Origin: Longimicrobiales bacterium
GTDB lineage: Bacteria; Gemmatimonadota; Gemmatimonadetes; Longimicrobiales; Gaopeijiaceae
Assembly: GCA_965226375.1 (NCBI GenBank)
Contig: CBDDCX010000007.1
Span: forward strand, 626,336 to 690,335
DNA: 64,000 nucleotides
Reading direction: 5' to 3'
In this document: positions 10,235 through 19,735 of the stretch, one piece after another
Layout: each line of letters opens with the position of its first letter
Numbering within the stretch: the first letter of the stretch is position 1
The notes under the pieces: model-generated
Told to the model about the DNA's origin: nothing
Databases searched by the model: none
Seen by the model: only the letters and a program-made list of their open reading frames with translations
Translations under genes and position numbers: made by a program

Positions 10235-10903
10235 ATGAACCGAGAACACGATGCCGGCCGCGAGTACGCGGAGATCTGGGGCGAGACCGTCGAGGCGAAC
10301 CGGAAGCTCCGGACTCTTGCAATGATTCTCGGAGGAGCGTGCCTCGCGCTCGCCGTGCTCCTGCTCCGGGTCGCGACCGTCGAGCCGCCTCGGCCGATCG
10401 TGGTCCGGGTCGACGAGGTCGGCCGCGCCGAGGCCGTGGCCTACGAGGCCGCAACGGCGCAGGCGGATCCGCTCGATCCCACGACCAAGTACTTCCTTAA
10501 CCGGTTCATCGCCGACTTCTACTCCAGGCGCCAGGCGACGGTCGAGGAGCAGTGGACGCGGAGCCTCCGCTTCCTCTCGACCGAGCTGGCGAACGCCGCG
10601 TTCACGAGGGACGGCGCCGAGGTCGCCGCCATGGCGGCTGGCACCGCTAACACTGAGATCCAGGTCGAGCAGGTCGTGCTCCGCATCCACCCCGCACCGG
10701 AGGCGCCGCACGGCGCGACCGCCGACTTCGACCTGGTCCACCTCAGGCAGGGGCAGGAGACCCGGCGCGAGCGCTGGTCGATCACGCTCCGGTTCACGTT
10801 CCTCACCGTCATCCCCTCCCAGCTCGTCGTCTACAACCCGATGGGCATCCTCATCACCTACCTCCAGGCCGACCGTGCCCTGGTCACGGAGCCGCCCAGG
10901 TGA
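10235..10903 (+). CDS. virB8: VirB8/TrbF family T4SS protein
   Basis: Single TM, 'PIVVRVDEVGRAEAV', C-terminal 'NPMGILIT'. Confidence 0.85.
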   Translation: MNREHDAGREYAEIWGETVEANRKLRTLAMILGGACLALAVLLLRVATVEPPRPIVVRVDEVGRAEAVAYEAATAQADPLDPTTKYFLNRFIADFYSRRQATVEEQWTRSLRFLSTELANAAFTRDGAEVAAMAAGTANTEIQVEQVVLRIHPAPEAPHGATADFDLVHLRQGQETRRERWSITLRFTFLTVIPSQLVVYNPMGILITYLQADRALVTEPPR

Positions 10904-11832
10904 TCGCCCATCTGCGGGGACGGGAAGCGGCGCTCGAGCCGTTCGGTTGGACGGGACGCCAGGCCGAGTGGATCGCGCTGGCATGCCTCCACAGCGGCGT
11001 GTTCACCCGCACCCAGGCGACGCGGTTCCTGGACACGCATCACGAGCGGGCGCGCCGCCTCGTCCACGCGCTGATCGCGCAGGGCCTCGCCGCCGAGGAG
11101 ACCGTGCCGGGCGTTCGGGGGATCGGCCGCGTGTGCCGGATCTTCTCCCGGGGTCTATACCGCGCGCTCGGAGCCGAGCACATCCGCCACCGCCGCACGG
11201 CGTCCGCCGACGTGCTCATGCGCCGCCTGCTCTCGCTCGACTACGTGATCGAGCACTCGGGTCTGCCCTGGCTCCCGACCGAACCCGAGAAGGTCGCCGC
11301 GTTCGAGGCCCTCGGGATCGAGCGCGAGTTGCTGCCCTCGCGCCTCTACCGCGGCGCCGCCGGGGACACCCGGCGCTGCTTCCCGCTCAAACTGCCGGTC
11401 GCACTGGACTCGGGCCGTGCAGTGTTCGTCTACGTCGATCCCGGACACGACACCTCGACCGCGCTCCGTTCCTGGGGAGCGGCGCACCGCGGGCTCTGGC
11501 TCGCGCTCGCAAACCAAGGCCGGTCCGTCGAGGTCGTCGCCGTCGCCCGCACTTCGCGGGAGATGGACCGGGCCCTGGCCGTGATGAGCGGCTGGGCTGA
11601 GGCGTCCGGCCCCGGCGAGCCCGACGCCGGGATCCGTGAGGAACTTGCCCGGATCGAGCGGGCGATCCTTCAGGGCGCGGTCCAGATCCTCGAGGAGTTC
11701 GGAGGCCTGCAAGCCGCCCTGAAACGCAGCGTGGCGCTGGAGAAGCAGGCCCGCCGGCAGGCAGGCCGCGGGGCGATTCACCACGGCGTCGCCTGGCAAA
11801 CGGTGCGCCTCGCGGGAGCGCGCTACCGGTGA
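10900..11832 (+). CDS. Uncharacterised T4SS-linked protein 'orfX' (probable N-terminal winged helix; possibly replication-relaxation-like)
   Basis: GTG start overlaps the virB8 stop. Homologues at 58221-58537 and 61467-62440(-) show that it is a real gene. Function is inferred only. Confidence 0.75.
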   Translation: MIAHLRGREAALEPFGWTGRQAEWIALACLHSGVFTRTQATRFLDTHHERARRLVHALIAQGLAAEETVPGVRGIGRVCRIFSRGLYRALGAEHIRHRRTASADVLMRRLLSLDYVIEHSGLPWLPTEPEKVAAFEALGIERELLPSRLYRGAAGDTRRCFPLKLPVALDSGRAVFVYVDPGHDTSTALRSWGAAHRGLWLALANQGRSVEVVAVARTSREMDRALAVMSGWAEASGPGEPDAGIREELARIERAILQGAVQILEEFGGLQAALKRSVALEKQARRQAGRGAIHHGVAWQTVRLAGARYR

Positions 11833-12110
11833 CGACCGGCGCGCGTCTCATGGCCGCACTGGAGTGCGCAAACGACGCGGGGGGCCGATGCGCACTTTGG
11901 CCCTCCGGCGATGCGCGCCGGTGCTACGGAGTAAGCCACGACACGGCCACGTCTTGCGCCTACACGCCCAGATAGAATCCCCTGATGTTTATTATCGTCC
12001 ATTAGAGTCTATAACATACTGTATTACAACACTTTGTGATCTTCACGCAGTCCCTCGTATTCCTCACAACGTCTCTTGATATCCACTACCATCCCTTATA
12101 TTATGAGGTA

Positions 12111-13346
12111 ATGTATGACGTAACGAACACCACCGATCCGCCCCGGAAAACCAAGCCCAAGGGCCGCCATCCCGACAAGGCCCTGTCGGCCGCCTTTGTG
12201 CGTACCGCCCCGCCGGGCAGGCATTGCGACGGTAACGGGCTCTACCTCTTCGTTCAGCCGAGCGGTGCCCGGAGCTGGGTTCAACGCCTGGTCATCCGCG
12301 GTCGGCGTCGTGACTTCGGACTCGGCAGCGTCGCGCTGGTCTCGCTCGCCGAAGCACGTGAGAAGGCGCGAGCGAACCGCAAGTTGGCCCGTGAGGGCGG
12401 CGACCCCCTTGCGGAGAAACGCCGCGCCCGGGGCATGCCGAGCTTTGCGGAAGCGGCCGCAAAGGTGGTGGAGCAGAAGCGGACCGGTTGGCGCAATCCG
12501 AAGCAGGCCCACGACTGGATGTCGAGCCTCGAGCGGTACGCCTTCCCGCGCATTGGCGAGATGGCGGTGTCGGATGTGACGAGCGCCGATGTGCTGGAGA
12601 TCCTCACTCTGATCTGGCACGTGAAGGCAGCCTTGGCGCGAAACGTGCGATGGAGGATCCGGGCGGTGCTGGAGTGGGCCGTGGCGATGGAGCTCAGGAC
12701 CGACAACCCCTGCGACCGGCTCGGCTCGGTGCTAAGCCCCCAGCATGACGTGGTGCAGCACCTGCGGGCGTTGCCGCATCGCGAGGTGGCATCGGCGATC
12801 GAGGCGGCACGAACATCGGAGGCGGAGCCAGCCGTCCGTCTGGCGTTCGAGTTCCTGGTGCTGACGGCGGCGAGGTGGAGCGAGGTGCGGTGGGCCGAGT
12901 GGGCTGAGATCGATCGGAAGGAGGCGGTGTGGACGGTTCCCCCGGCGCGCATGAAGGCGAGGCGGGAGCACCGGGTGCCGCTATGTGGCCGAGCGATGCA
13001 GATCCTAGAGGAGGCTCGGAAGCTCGGAGACGGCAGCCCCCTCGTGTTCACTCTTGGGGATGGGCAACCGATTTTCGACAAGCGGCTGCGCCGACTACTC
13101 CGAAAGCTCGAGATCGCGGCCGTGCCGCATGGGTTCCGGTCGAGCTTCCGCGACTGGGCGGCCGAAGAGACGGACTATCCGCGTGAGGTCGTCGAGGCCG
13201 CGCTGGCGCATGTGGTGAAGAACAAGGTCGAGGCGGCCTACAGGCGAACGGACCTGTTCGAGCGCCGGCGCCGGCTCATGGACGACTGGACGGCCTACTT
13301 GGCCGGCGAGCGTGGAGATGCAGCCGACGTCAGGCCGGTCCGTTGA
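12111..13346 (+). CDS. P4-type tyrosine integrase with arm-DNA-binding domain
   Basis: 'DGNGLYLFVQPSGARSW', 'LTAARWSEV', 'HGFRSSFRDW', 'ALAH..VEAAYRR' (R-HxxR-H-Y). Confidence 0.95.
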   Translation: MYDVTNTTDPPRKTKPKGRHPDKALSAAFVRTAPPGRHCDGNGLYLFVQPSGARSWVQRLVIRGRRRDFGLGSVALVSLAEAREKARANRKLAREGGDPLAEKRRARGMPSFAEAAAKVVEQKRTGWRNPKQAHDWMSSLERYAFPRIGEMAVSDVTSADVLEILTLIWHVKAALARNVRWRIRAVLEWAVAMELRTDNPCDRLGSVLSPQHDVVQHLRALPHREVASAIEAARTSEAEPAVRLAFEFLVLTAARWSEVRWAEWAEIDRKEAVWTVPPARMKARREHRVPLCGRAMQILEEARKLGDGSPLVFTLGDGQPIFDKRLRRLLRKLEIAAVPHGFRSSFRDWAAEETDYPREVVEAALAHVVKNKVEAAYRRTDLFERRRRLMDDWTAYLAGERGDAADVRPVR

Positions 13347-13702
13347 TCTGAGCTGAACACATATCAGACGACGGTGTGCGTGCGGGTGCGCCTCTCTCCC
13401 TGGTGACCTGCCCCCGTTTCCATAGGTTCCGGAGTCACCTTTGAAGGCGTGTCGCGCGCTTTGCTCGGCACTTTCGCCTGCGTGGCGTTGCCTCCCCCGC
13501 CCGGTAGTGGCCCAGTCCGGCTGATTGCCTTTATGCGCGGATCATCGCCCTCAGACCCGGGCTGTGCACCATCGCCTGAACCTGAGCCTCCAGTTCATCT
13601 GAGAACCGGGCGGACTCCCGGGAGGTGGTCGCCGCCCGGGAGGTCTCCGCGAAGGTAGCTCCCGTCCGCTGTTACGTCCTAAGTCCTTCTTCGACGGACA
13701 GA

Positions 13703-14612
13703 CTATCCGGCTTTCTTTGATGGCACAGGGACATACACATTCTTGAGGGGGTACCGAGCCCGTAGACTAGGGTCCAACCTCTCGTAGTGATCCAGAAAGA
13801 GTGCCACGAAACGGGTGGCGTCAATGAGGGTCACGTTAGCGCTGCCTTGGGCCACATTCAGAGCTCCAGTGGAGAAACGTCCAAGGGATACGAGGATCCC
13901 TTTTTCTTCGGAATTCAGCAGACCTTTCAGTTGGTTGACCACGGGTTCGCCGATAGTGCTTGTGCCACTCTTAACCTGCACTTTTACATAGGGTCTCTCA
14001 ATTCCCAGAGGGTCTGGGTGGGCAATGACATCAACTCCGTGGTCTCCAGAGGGAGGGGTGACAAAAGCCGTGTAACCCATAGCCCGAAACACTGCTGCAA
14101 CGACCTGCTCAAAATGAACACCGGTTCGTTGCCAGGCCTTGAGTAGATAGTCCTCGGTTGCCTGAATAGCTTGCTCATCGAGAGCTGCAAATTCTTCATC
14201 GTCAGCCATCTCATCATCATCGACCAGGATCGCTTCAGTGTCCTTGGCATCAAGGATCGCTTTGACTTCCTCCAAATGGTCGTTGGACGTACTAACGGTC
14301 AAGAATGCTCCGAAGCTGTTGAGTGCGGGCTGGGAGAACGCGGTACGCGGAACAATTGACAACCACTCGACATTTCGGATGCTCTGCTTGGAAGGACGAC
14401 CGCTGTCGAAGCGATATTCTCCTGTGATCGTCCCGATCGCGATCTGCTTGGTCGGTTTGACTGGGAGTACAATCGGATCACCGACCTTCATCTCATGGGC
14501 GAATCGGTATAACTGACCGTACAAAGAATTTACCCGCTTCGCACTCGCTTCTGGAATCGCAGCCTCTACCGCTACCTTCGTCGTCTCTCTGGTGTCCAAG
14601 TGAGTCGCATCA
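13703..14612 (-). pseudogene. Mrr-like restriction endonuclease, 5'-truncated by the adjacent IS3
   Basis: Mrr_cat motif 'FEQVVAAVFRAMGY..GDHGVDVIA..VQVK', 'LIDATRFVAL'. The frame runs into the IS end, and the sequence is visibly lower in GC. Confidence 0.8.
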
Positions 14613-14709
14613 ATACCCTCTCTGCCAACTTACGTGAGACACGGAACGCTTAAAGAATTAGAGTAGGGTGAAGGCAGAGAAACCGAGGATGCTGAGACAC
14701 CGAGAGAGA

Positions 14710-15138
14710 ATGAAAGAGAATCGAATGGCCCCACTAACCTGGGAGGGTAAGCGAAGCGCGGCAGCCGTCCCGGACGCGGAGGTCGTGGATAAGCCGATCC
14801 GGCGCCGGTTCGCTCCGTCCTACAAGCTGCGGATCGTCGAAGAAGCGGACCGGTGCACGGAGCCCGGAGAGGTCGGCCGACTCCTACGGCGGGAGGGCTT
14901 GTACTCGTCGCACCTGACGACATGGCGCAAGGCGGCGCGTAGCGGGTCCCTGAAAGCGCTGTCGAAGAAACGAGGCCGTAAGCGCGAACGGAATCCTCTG
15001 GAGGAGAAGGTGCGCAAGTTGGAGCGCGAGAACACTCGCCTCGAGAAGGAGCTCCACAAGGCGCACCTGATCATCGACGTCCAGGGAAAAGTTGCAGGGC
15101 TGCTGGGATTGAGCCTCGAGGACGGAACGCACTCATGA
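14710..15138 (+). CDS. IS3-family transposase OrfA
   Basis: 'RRRFAPSYKLRIVEEADRC..LLRREGLYSSHLTTWRK' HTH plus leucine zipper. Confidence 0.85.
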   Translation: MKENRMAPLTWEGKRSAAAVPDAEVVDKPIRRRFAPSYKLRIVEEADRCTEPGEVGRLLRREGLYSSHLTTWRKAARSGSLKALSKKRGRKRERNPLEEKVRKLERENTRLEKELHKAHLIIDVQGKVAGLLGLSLEDGTHS

Positions 15139-16142
15139 AGGCGACCCAGGAGCTGGCCAAGCATGTAGGGGTGAAGCCCGCGTGTACTGCGCTCCGGGTC
15201 TCCCGAGCCACGTTCTACCGTCGTCGGAGTCCAACGACCGGGCATCAGCAGCCCCGCCCGACCCCCGCCCGGGCCTTGAGCGAGAAGGAACGAGACAAGG
15301 TTTTCGACATCCTGTGCTGTGAGCGGTTCGTGGACCGGTCGCCAGCCGAGGTGGTGGCGACCCTGCTCGACGAAGACGTCTACCTGTGCAGCGAGCGTAC
15401 GATGTATCGCGTCCTGGCCTCCGAGGTGCCGGTTCAGGAACGCCGAGCGCAGCGGAGCCATCCCGAGTATCAGAAGCCCGAGTTGATGGCGACGGACCCG
15501 AACCAGGTCTGGTCCTGGGATATCACGCGGCTGCTCGGGCCGAAGAAGTGGAGCTACTACTACCTCTACGTCATCCTGGACATCTACAGCCGCTACGTGG
15601 TGGGATGGATGGTGGCGGATCGGGAGAACTCTGCCCTGGCCGGCCGGCTAATCCAGCAGAGTTGCCTGAAGCATGGCGTCCAGCCCCAGGTCCTGACCCT
15701 GCACTCGGATCGAGGAGCTCCGATGACGAGTCAATGTACGGCTCAGCTACTCGCCGATCTCGGCGTGACCCGCTCGTTGAGCCGACCCCAGGTCTCGGAT
15801 GACAATCCGTTCTCCGAGGCTCAGTTCAAGACCTTGAAGTACCATCCCTCGTTTCCCGGGCGGTTCGGGGACCAGAACCAGGCCAAGACCTTCTGTCGCT
15901 CATTCTTCCGTTGGTACAACGCCGAGCACCGCCATGGCGGCATCTCCATGCTGACCCCCGAACAGGTCCACTTCGGTCACGCCGATCAGGTCATCGCCCG
16001 CAGGGAGGCCGTGCTCCGCGAGGCCTGGGCCGCTCATCCCGAGCGCTTCGTCTCCGGTCAACCGAAGCCCCAACCACTCCCGGAGGCCGTCTGGATCAAT
16101 CCTCCAAGCCCCACCCTCACTACACAGGAGATTGCTCTCTAA
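15135..16142 (+). CDS. IS3-family transposase OrfB (DDE)
   Basis: 'NQVWSWDIT', 'LHSDRG', 'DNPFSEAQFKTLK'. Confidence 0.95.
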   Translation: MKATQELAKHVGVKPACTALRVSRATFYRRRSPTTGHQQPRPTPARALSEKERDKVFDILCCERFVDRSPAEVVATLLDEDVYLCSERTMYRVLASEVPVQERRAQRSHPEYQKPELMATDPNQVWSWDITRLLGPKKWSYYYLYVILDIYSRYVVGWMVADRENSALAGRLIQQSCLKHGVQPQVLTLHSDRGAPMTSQCTAQLLADLGVTRSLSRPQVSDDNPFSEAQFKTLKYHPSFPGRFGDQNQAKTFCRSFFRWYNAEHRHGGISMLTPEQVHFGHADQVIARREAVLREAWAAHPERFVSGQPKPQPLPEAVWINPPSPTLTTQEIAL

Positions 16143-16235
16143 TTGATTCCCCCAAGTGTCTCATCGGGGTTGACAGGCTCCGGAGCGACTGAGTCCCCGT
16201 CCGACCCCCCCGATGGCCATCGGGTCCAACCTTCC

Positions 16236-18368
16236 TTACAGCAGCCCCGCACCGCGAGCCCACTGGTATTTCGCGCCGAGGATCGCTACGGGTAGCTCCG
16301 TGGTGTACGGACAGGCGACGATGCCTCGCTCGTAGAGGTACTCGGAGGCTTCCTCGACTTCCACGTCACCCACCAGCGAGGCCACGATGGGTTTGTCTAT
16401 GCCTTTGTCTCTGGCTTCCTGAACCACGCGGGCACAGAGCTCGGCGAAGACCATAGGCGGCGTAATGATGGTATGCCAGTAGCCCAGGACGAGTGCGTGG
16501 ACGCGATCGTCTTCGAGTCCGAGACGAATGGTGTTCTCGTAAGTGATCGGCGGCTCTCCGCCCGTGATATCCACCGGGTTTCCCGAAGCACCAAACGGAG
16601 GGATGAACTCCTTGAAGGCTTCGTCCAGATCCTGCGGAAACTTCATCAAGGAAAGCCCGTTATCCACGATCGCGTCGGACAGGAGTACACCGGAACCGCC
16701 TGCGCCTGTGATAATCACGATGTCCTCGCCCTTCGGTGTGGGAAGAACCGGAAGGCCGCGCGCGAACTGCAGCATGTCGTTCAGGCTGTAAGCACGAATC
16801 ACACCGCTGGCTCGCAGCACGTCATCGTAGATCTTGTCGTTACCCGCCAATGCGCCCGTGTGCGAAGCCGCCGCCTTCGCGCCGAGCTGAGTGCGGCCCG
16901 CCTTCAGCATGACAATGGGCTTTTTCTTGGAGACGCGTTTCGCGACCTCGGCGAAGCTCTGGCCGTCCTTGAGATCCTCCGCGTGCATCGCGATGACGTC
17001 GGTATTGTCATCCTGCTCGAAGTAGGTGAGCAGATCATCCTCGTCGAGATCCGACTTGTTGCCCAGTCCGACGATGGCCGAGACGCCCATTTTCGTCGAT
17101 CGGCTGAACCCGATGATGGACATGCCGACACCACCGCTCTGTGAAGACAACGCGGTCCTGCCCTTGACGTCATACGGGGTACAGAAGGTGGCGCAGAGAT
17201 TCGCGGGCGTGTAATAGAACCCGTAGATGTTGGGTCCCATGATGCGCACGTTATGCTTACGTGCTGTGGCAAGGAGCTCGTCCTGGAGCTCTGTCTCCCC
17301 TACCTCGGCAAAGCCCGAAGGGATCATGATCGCACCGGGAATGCCCTTCTCACCCACCTCTTCCATCGCACCCACGCAAAATTTCGCGGGGACCGCGAAG
17401 ACGGCGATGTCAACGACACCCGGGACGTCTTTGACGCTCCTATAGACCTTCTTGCCGAGTATCTCGTCGGCCTTCGGGTTGATCGGGTAGAGCTCCCCTT
17501 CATAACCGCCATTGATGATGTTTTTCATCACCGAGTTCCCGATCTTGCCTTCGCCATCGGACGCGCCGATGACCGCGACCGCCTTCGGGTTCATGATGCG
17601 ACTCATGGCCGAGACGATCTCTTCCTGACTCGGGCGATACATTTCCTTCGGCGGCGAAAAATCGACGGAAATCAGCGCATCGACCGCTGTCGCGCCGTTG
17701 GCATCCGCCAGGATCGGGTTGAGGTCGATCTCCTGGATCTCCGGAAAATCGCTGATCAGCTCGGAGACATTGACGATGATGCTCGCCAGGGCATCTCGGT
17801 TGACGGCTTCCGAGCCTCTGACGCCGCCCAGCACCTCGGCCGCCTGGATGCTGTCCAGCATAGACTGTGCGTCGTCACTCGTGGCGGGAGCCAAGCGGAA
17901 GGTGATGTCTTTCAACACTTCCACCAGGATGCCGCCGAGCCCGAACGCCACGAGCTTTCCGAAGCTCGGGTCCGTGACCGCGCCCACGATCACTTCCAGA
18001 CGATCGCCGGTCACCATCTCCTGGATCTGAACGCCCGCGATGTCGGCGTCGCCTTTGTACGCCTTGGCATTACCGACGATGCTCTCGTACCCGGCTGCGG
18101 CAGCTTCGGAGTCCGCCACGCCGAGCAGTACGCCCCCGGCTTCCGTCTTATGCAGGATGTCCGCCGAGACGATCTTCATGACCACGGGGTAGCCGATGTT
18201 CTCGGCGATGGCAGAAGCCTCCACGCCAGACTGAGCAAGCCCTTCACTAGGCACGGGAATGTCGTAAGCGTCGCACACTGTCCTGCATTCCGGAGCGGTT
18301 AGAGAAGTGCGCCCCTCGGATTTCACCTGGTCCAATACCGCGCGCACACCTTCGCGCCGGCTACCCAT
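16236..18368 (-). CDS. NDP-forming acyl/acetate-CoA ligase family protein (ATP-grasp domain first, then CoA-binding domain)
   Basis: 'GYPVVMKIVSADILHKTEAGGV', 'MGPNIYG', 'AAASHTGALAG' (phospho-His), 'NPVDITG'. Confidence 0.9.
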   Translation of the reverse strand: MGSRREGVRAVLDQVKSEGRTSLTAPECRTVCDAYDIPVPSEGLAQSGVEASAIAENIGYPVVMKIVSADILHKTEAGGVLLGVADSEAAAAGYESIVGNAKAYKGDADIAGVQIQEMVTGDRLEVIVGAVTDPSFGKLVAFGLGGILVEVLKDITFRLAPATSDDAQSMLDSIQAAEVLGGVRGSEAVNRDALASIIVNVSELISDFPEIQEIDLNPILADANGATAVDALISVDFSPPKEMYRPSQEEIVSAMSRIMNPKAVAVIGASDGEGKIGNSVMKNIINGGYEGELYPINPKADEILGKKVYRSVKDVPGVVDIAVFAVPAKFCVGAMEEVGEKGIPGAIMIPSGFAEVGETELQDELLATARKHNVRIMGPNIYGFYYTPANLCATFCTPYDVKGRTALSSQSGGVGMSIIGFSRSTKMGVSAIVGLGNKSDLDEDDLLTYFEQDDNTDVIAMHAEDLKDGQSFAEVAKRVSKKKPIVMLKAGRTQLGAKAAASHTGALAGNDKIYDDVLRASGVIRAYSLNDMLQFARGLPVLPTPKGEDIVIITGAGGSGVLLSDAIVDNGLSLMKFPQDLDEAFKEFIPPFGASGNPVDITGGEPPITYENTIRLGLEDDRVHALVLGYWHTIITPPMVFAELCARVVQEARDKGIDKPIVASLVGDVEVEEASEYLYERGIVACPYTTELPVAILGAKYQWARGAGLL

Positions 18369-18479
18369 GTTCGATCTTCTTCTTGTTCGCAGCCCAGCGG
18401 CTGCCCCTGCAACCTGTTCGCTTCATTGGAGCGCAACACCCTTTCGCGGCCCGGCGGCCGCTCCCTCGATCGCGACGTT

Positions 18480-19718
18480 TCATCTTGTAAAAGCGCCCGC
18501 TTCCTTCAACCCATCGATCTCGCTGCCCTCGTAGCCCAGGACCTCCCGGAGAATCTCATCCGTATGCTCGCCCAGCAGCGGTGAACGCTCGATCTCCACT
18601 GGGGAGTCGGAGAGCTTGATCGGACAGCCCAGATTGTAAAACCTCCCACGCTCCGGGTGATCGACCTCCACATACATCTCGCGATGCTTCACATGCTCGT
18701 CGTTGGCCAGGTCCATGGTGCTCAAGACCGGGCCGCAGGGTACGTTGATCTCGTTGAAGATCCCCATGAGCTCGCGCTTCGTATGCTTGCTTGCGAACTC
18801 GGTCAGCAAGGCCCACATCGCACCCTGGTTCTGGCGGCGCGCATCGATCTCTTCGAAACGCGGATCCTTGACGAGTTCTTCACCCCCGATCAGCTCCGCC
18901 AGCGCGTGCCAGACGCGCTCCTGGACGACGACGTAGAGATAGTCGTTTAAGCCACCGGGCTTGCACTGGATCGCGTTGCCGAGCTGGCCGCCGCCAGAAT
19001 CGTTACCGGCTCGAGGCGCGTAGTCCTCGAACTCCTGAACGGAATACTCGGACAGGGGCCCGCGCTGGACGCGTTGGTGATCCCGCCACTTCACGCGCGC
19101 CAGATTCATCACACAGTCCATCATCGCGCACTCCACGTACTGGCCACGCCCCGTGCGCTCCCGCTGTATGAGTGCGGCGAGGATGCCGGCCATCAGGTGT
19201 ACGCCCGTGCCCGAGTCGCCAATCTGCGCACCCGTCACGACCGGGGGACCATCGAACATTCCCGAGGTGCCCATGGAGCCACCCATGGCCTGCGCGATAT
19301 TCTCGTAGGCCTTGAAGGCTGCGTACGGTCCTTCGGTGCCGAACCCCTTGATGGAGGCCATGACGATTCGGGGATTGATCTCGTGGACCTTCTCCCACCC
19401 GAAGCCCAGCCGATCCAGTACGCCCGGCCCAAAGTTCTCCATGAGCACGTCGCAGGTCTCCACTAGCTTCGTAAAGACCTCTTTGCCCCTGTCGTTCTTC
19501 AGGTTTACGGTGATCGAGCGCTTGTTGCAGTTCAGCATCGTGAAGTAGAGGCTGTCGGCGTCCGGAATGTCCTGTAACTGCGTGCGCGTGGCGTCTCCCA
19601 TCGGGGATTCGAGCTTGATGACGTCCGCACCCAGAAAGGCCATCAGCTGGCTCGAGGTCGGACCCGCCTGCACGTGGGTCATGTCCAGGATGCGAACGTC
19701 AGAGAGTGCCTTATCCAT
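18480..19718 (-). CDS. frc: Formyl-CoA transferase (class III CoA-transferase)
   Basis: 'RILDMTHVQAGP', 'DSLYFTMLNCNKRS', 'GAQIGDSGTG', 'PRAGNDSGGGQLG'. Confidence 0.9.
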   Translation of the reverse strand: MDKALSDVRILDMTHVQAGPTSSQLMAFLGADVIKLESPMGDATRTQLQDIPDADSLYFTMLNCNKRSITVNLKNDRGKEVFTKLVETCDVLMENFGPGVLDRLGFGWEKVHEINPRIVMASIKGFGTEGPYAAFKAYENIAQAMGGSMGTSGMFDGPPVVTGAQIGDSGTGVHLMAGILAALIQRERTGRGQYVECAMMDCVMNLARVKWRDHQRVQRGPLSEYSVQEFEDYAPRAGNDSGGGQLGNAIQCKPGGLNDYLYVVVQERVWHALAELIGGEELVKDPRFEEIDARRQNQGAMWALLTEFASKHTKRELMGIFNEINVPCGPVLSTMDLANDEHVKHREMYVEVDHPERGRFYNLGCPIKLSDSPVEIERSPLLGEHTDEILREVLGYEGSEIDGLKEAGAFTR

Positions 19719-19735
19719 GGTCTGTTATGCTCCGA

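Larger units (their letters stand above)
14613..16182 (+). mobile_element. IS3-family insertion sequence, copy 1
   Basis: orfA + orfB; inner inverted repeats TGCCAACTTACGTGAGACAC / GTGTCTCATCGGGGTTGACA. Ends defined by comparison with the copy at 41905. Confidence 0.9.

Noticed and set aside
13400..13460. Additional IS (TGACCTGCCCCC here, similar end at ~47050)
   Set aside because: Only isolated IS3-like termini with no transposase or partner IR; too little to call an element.
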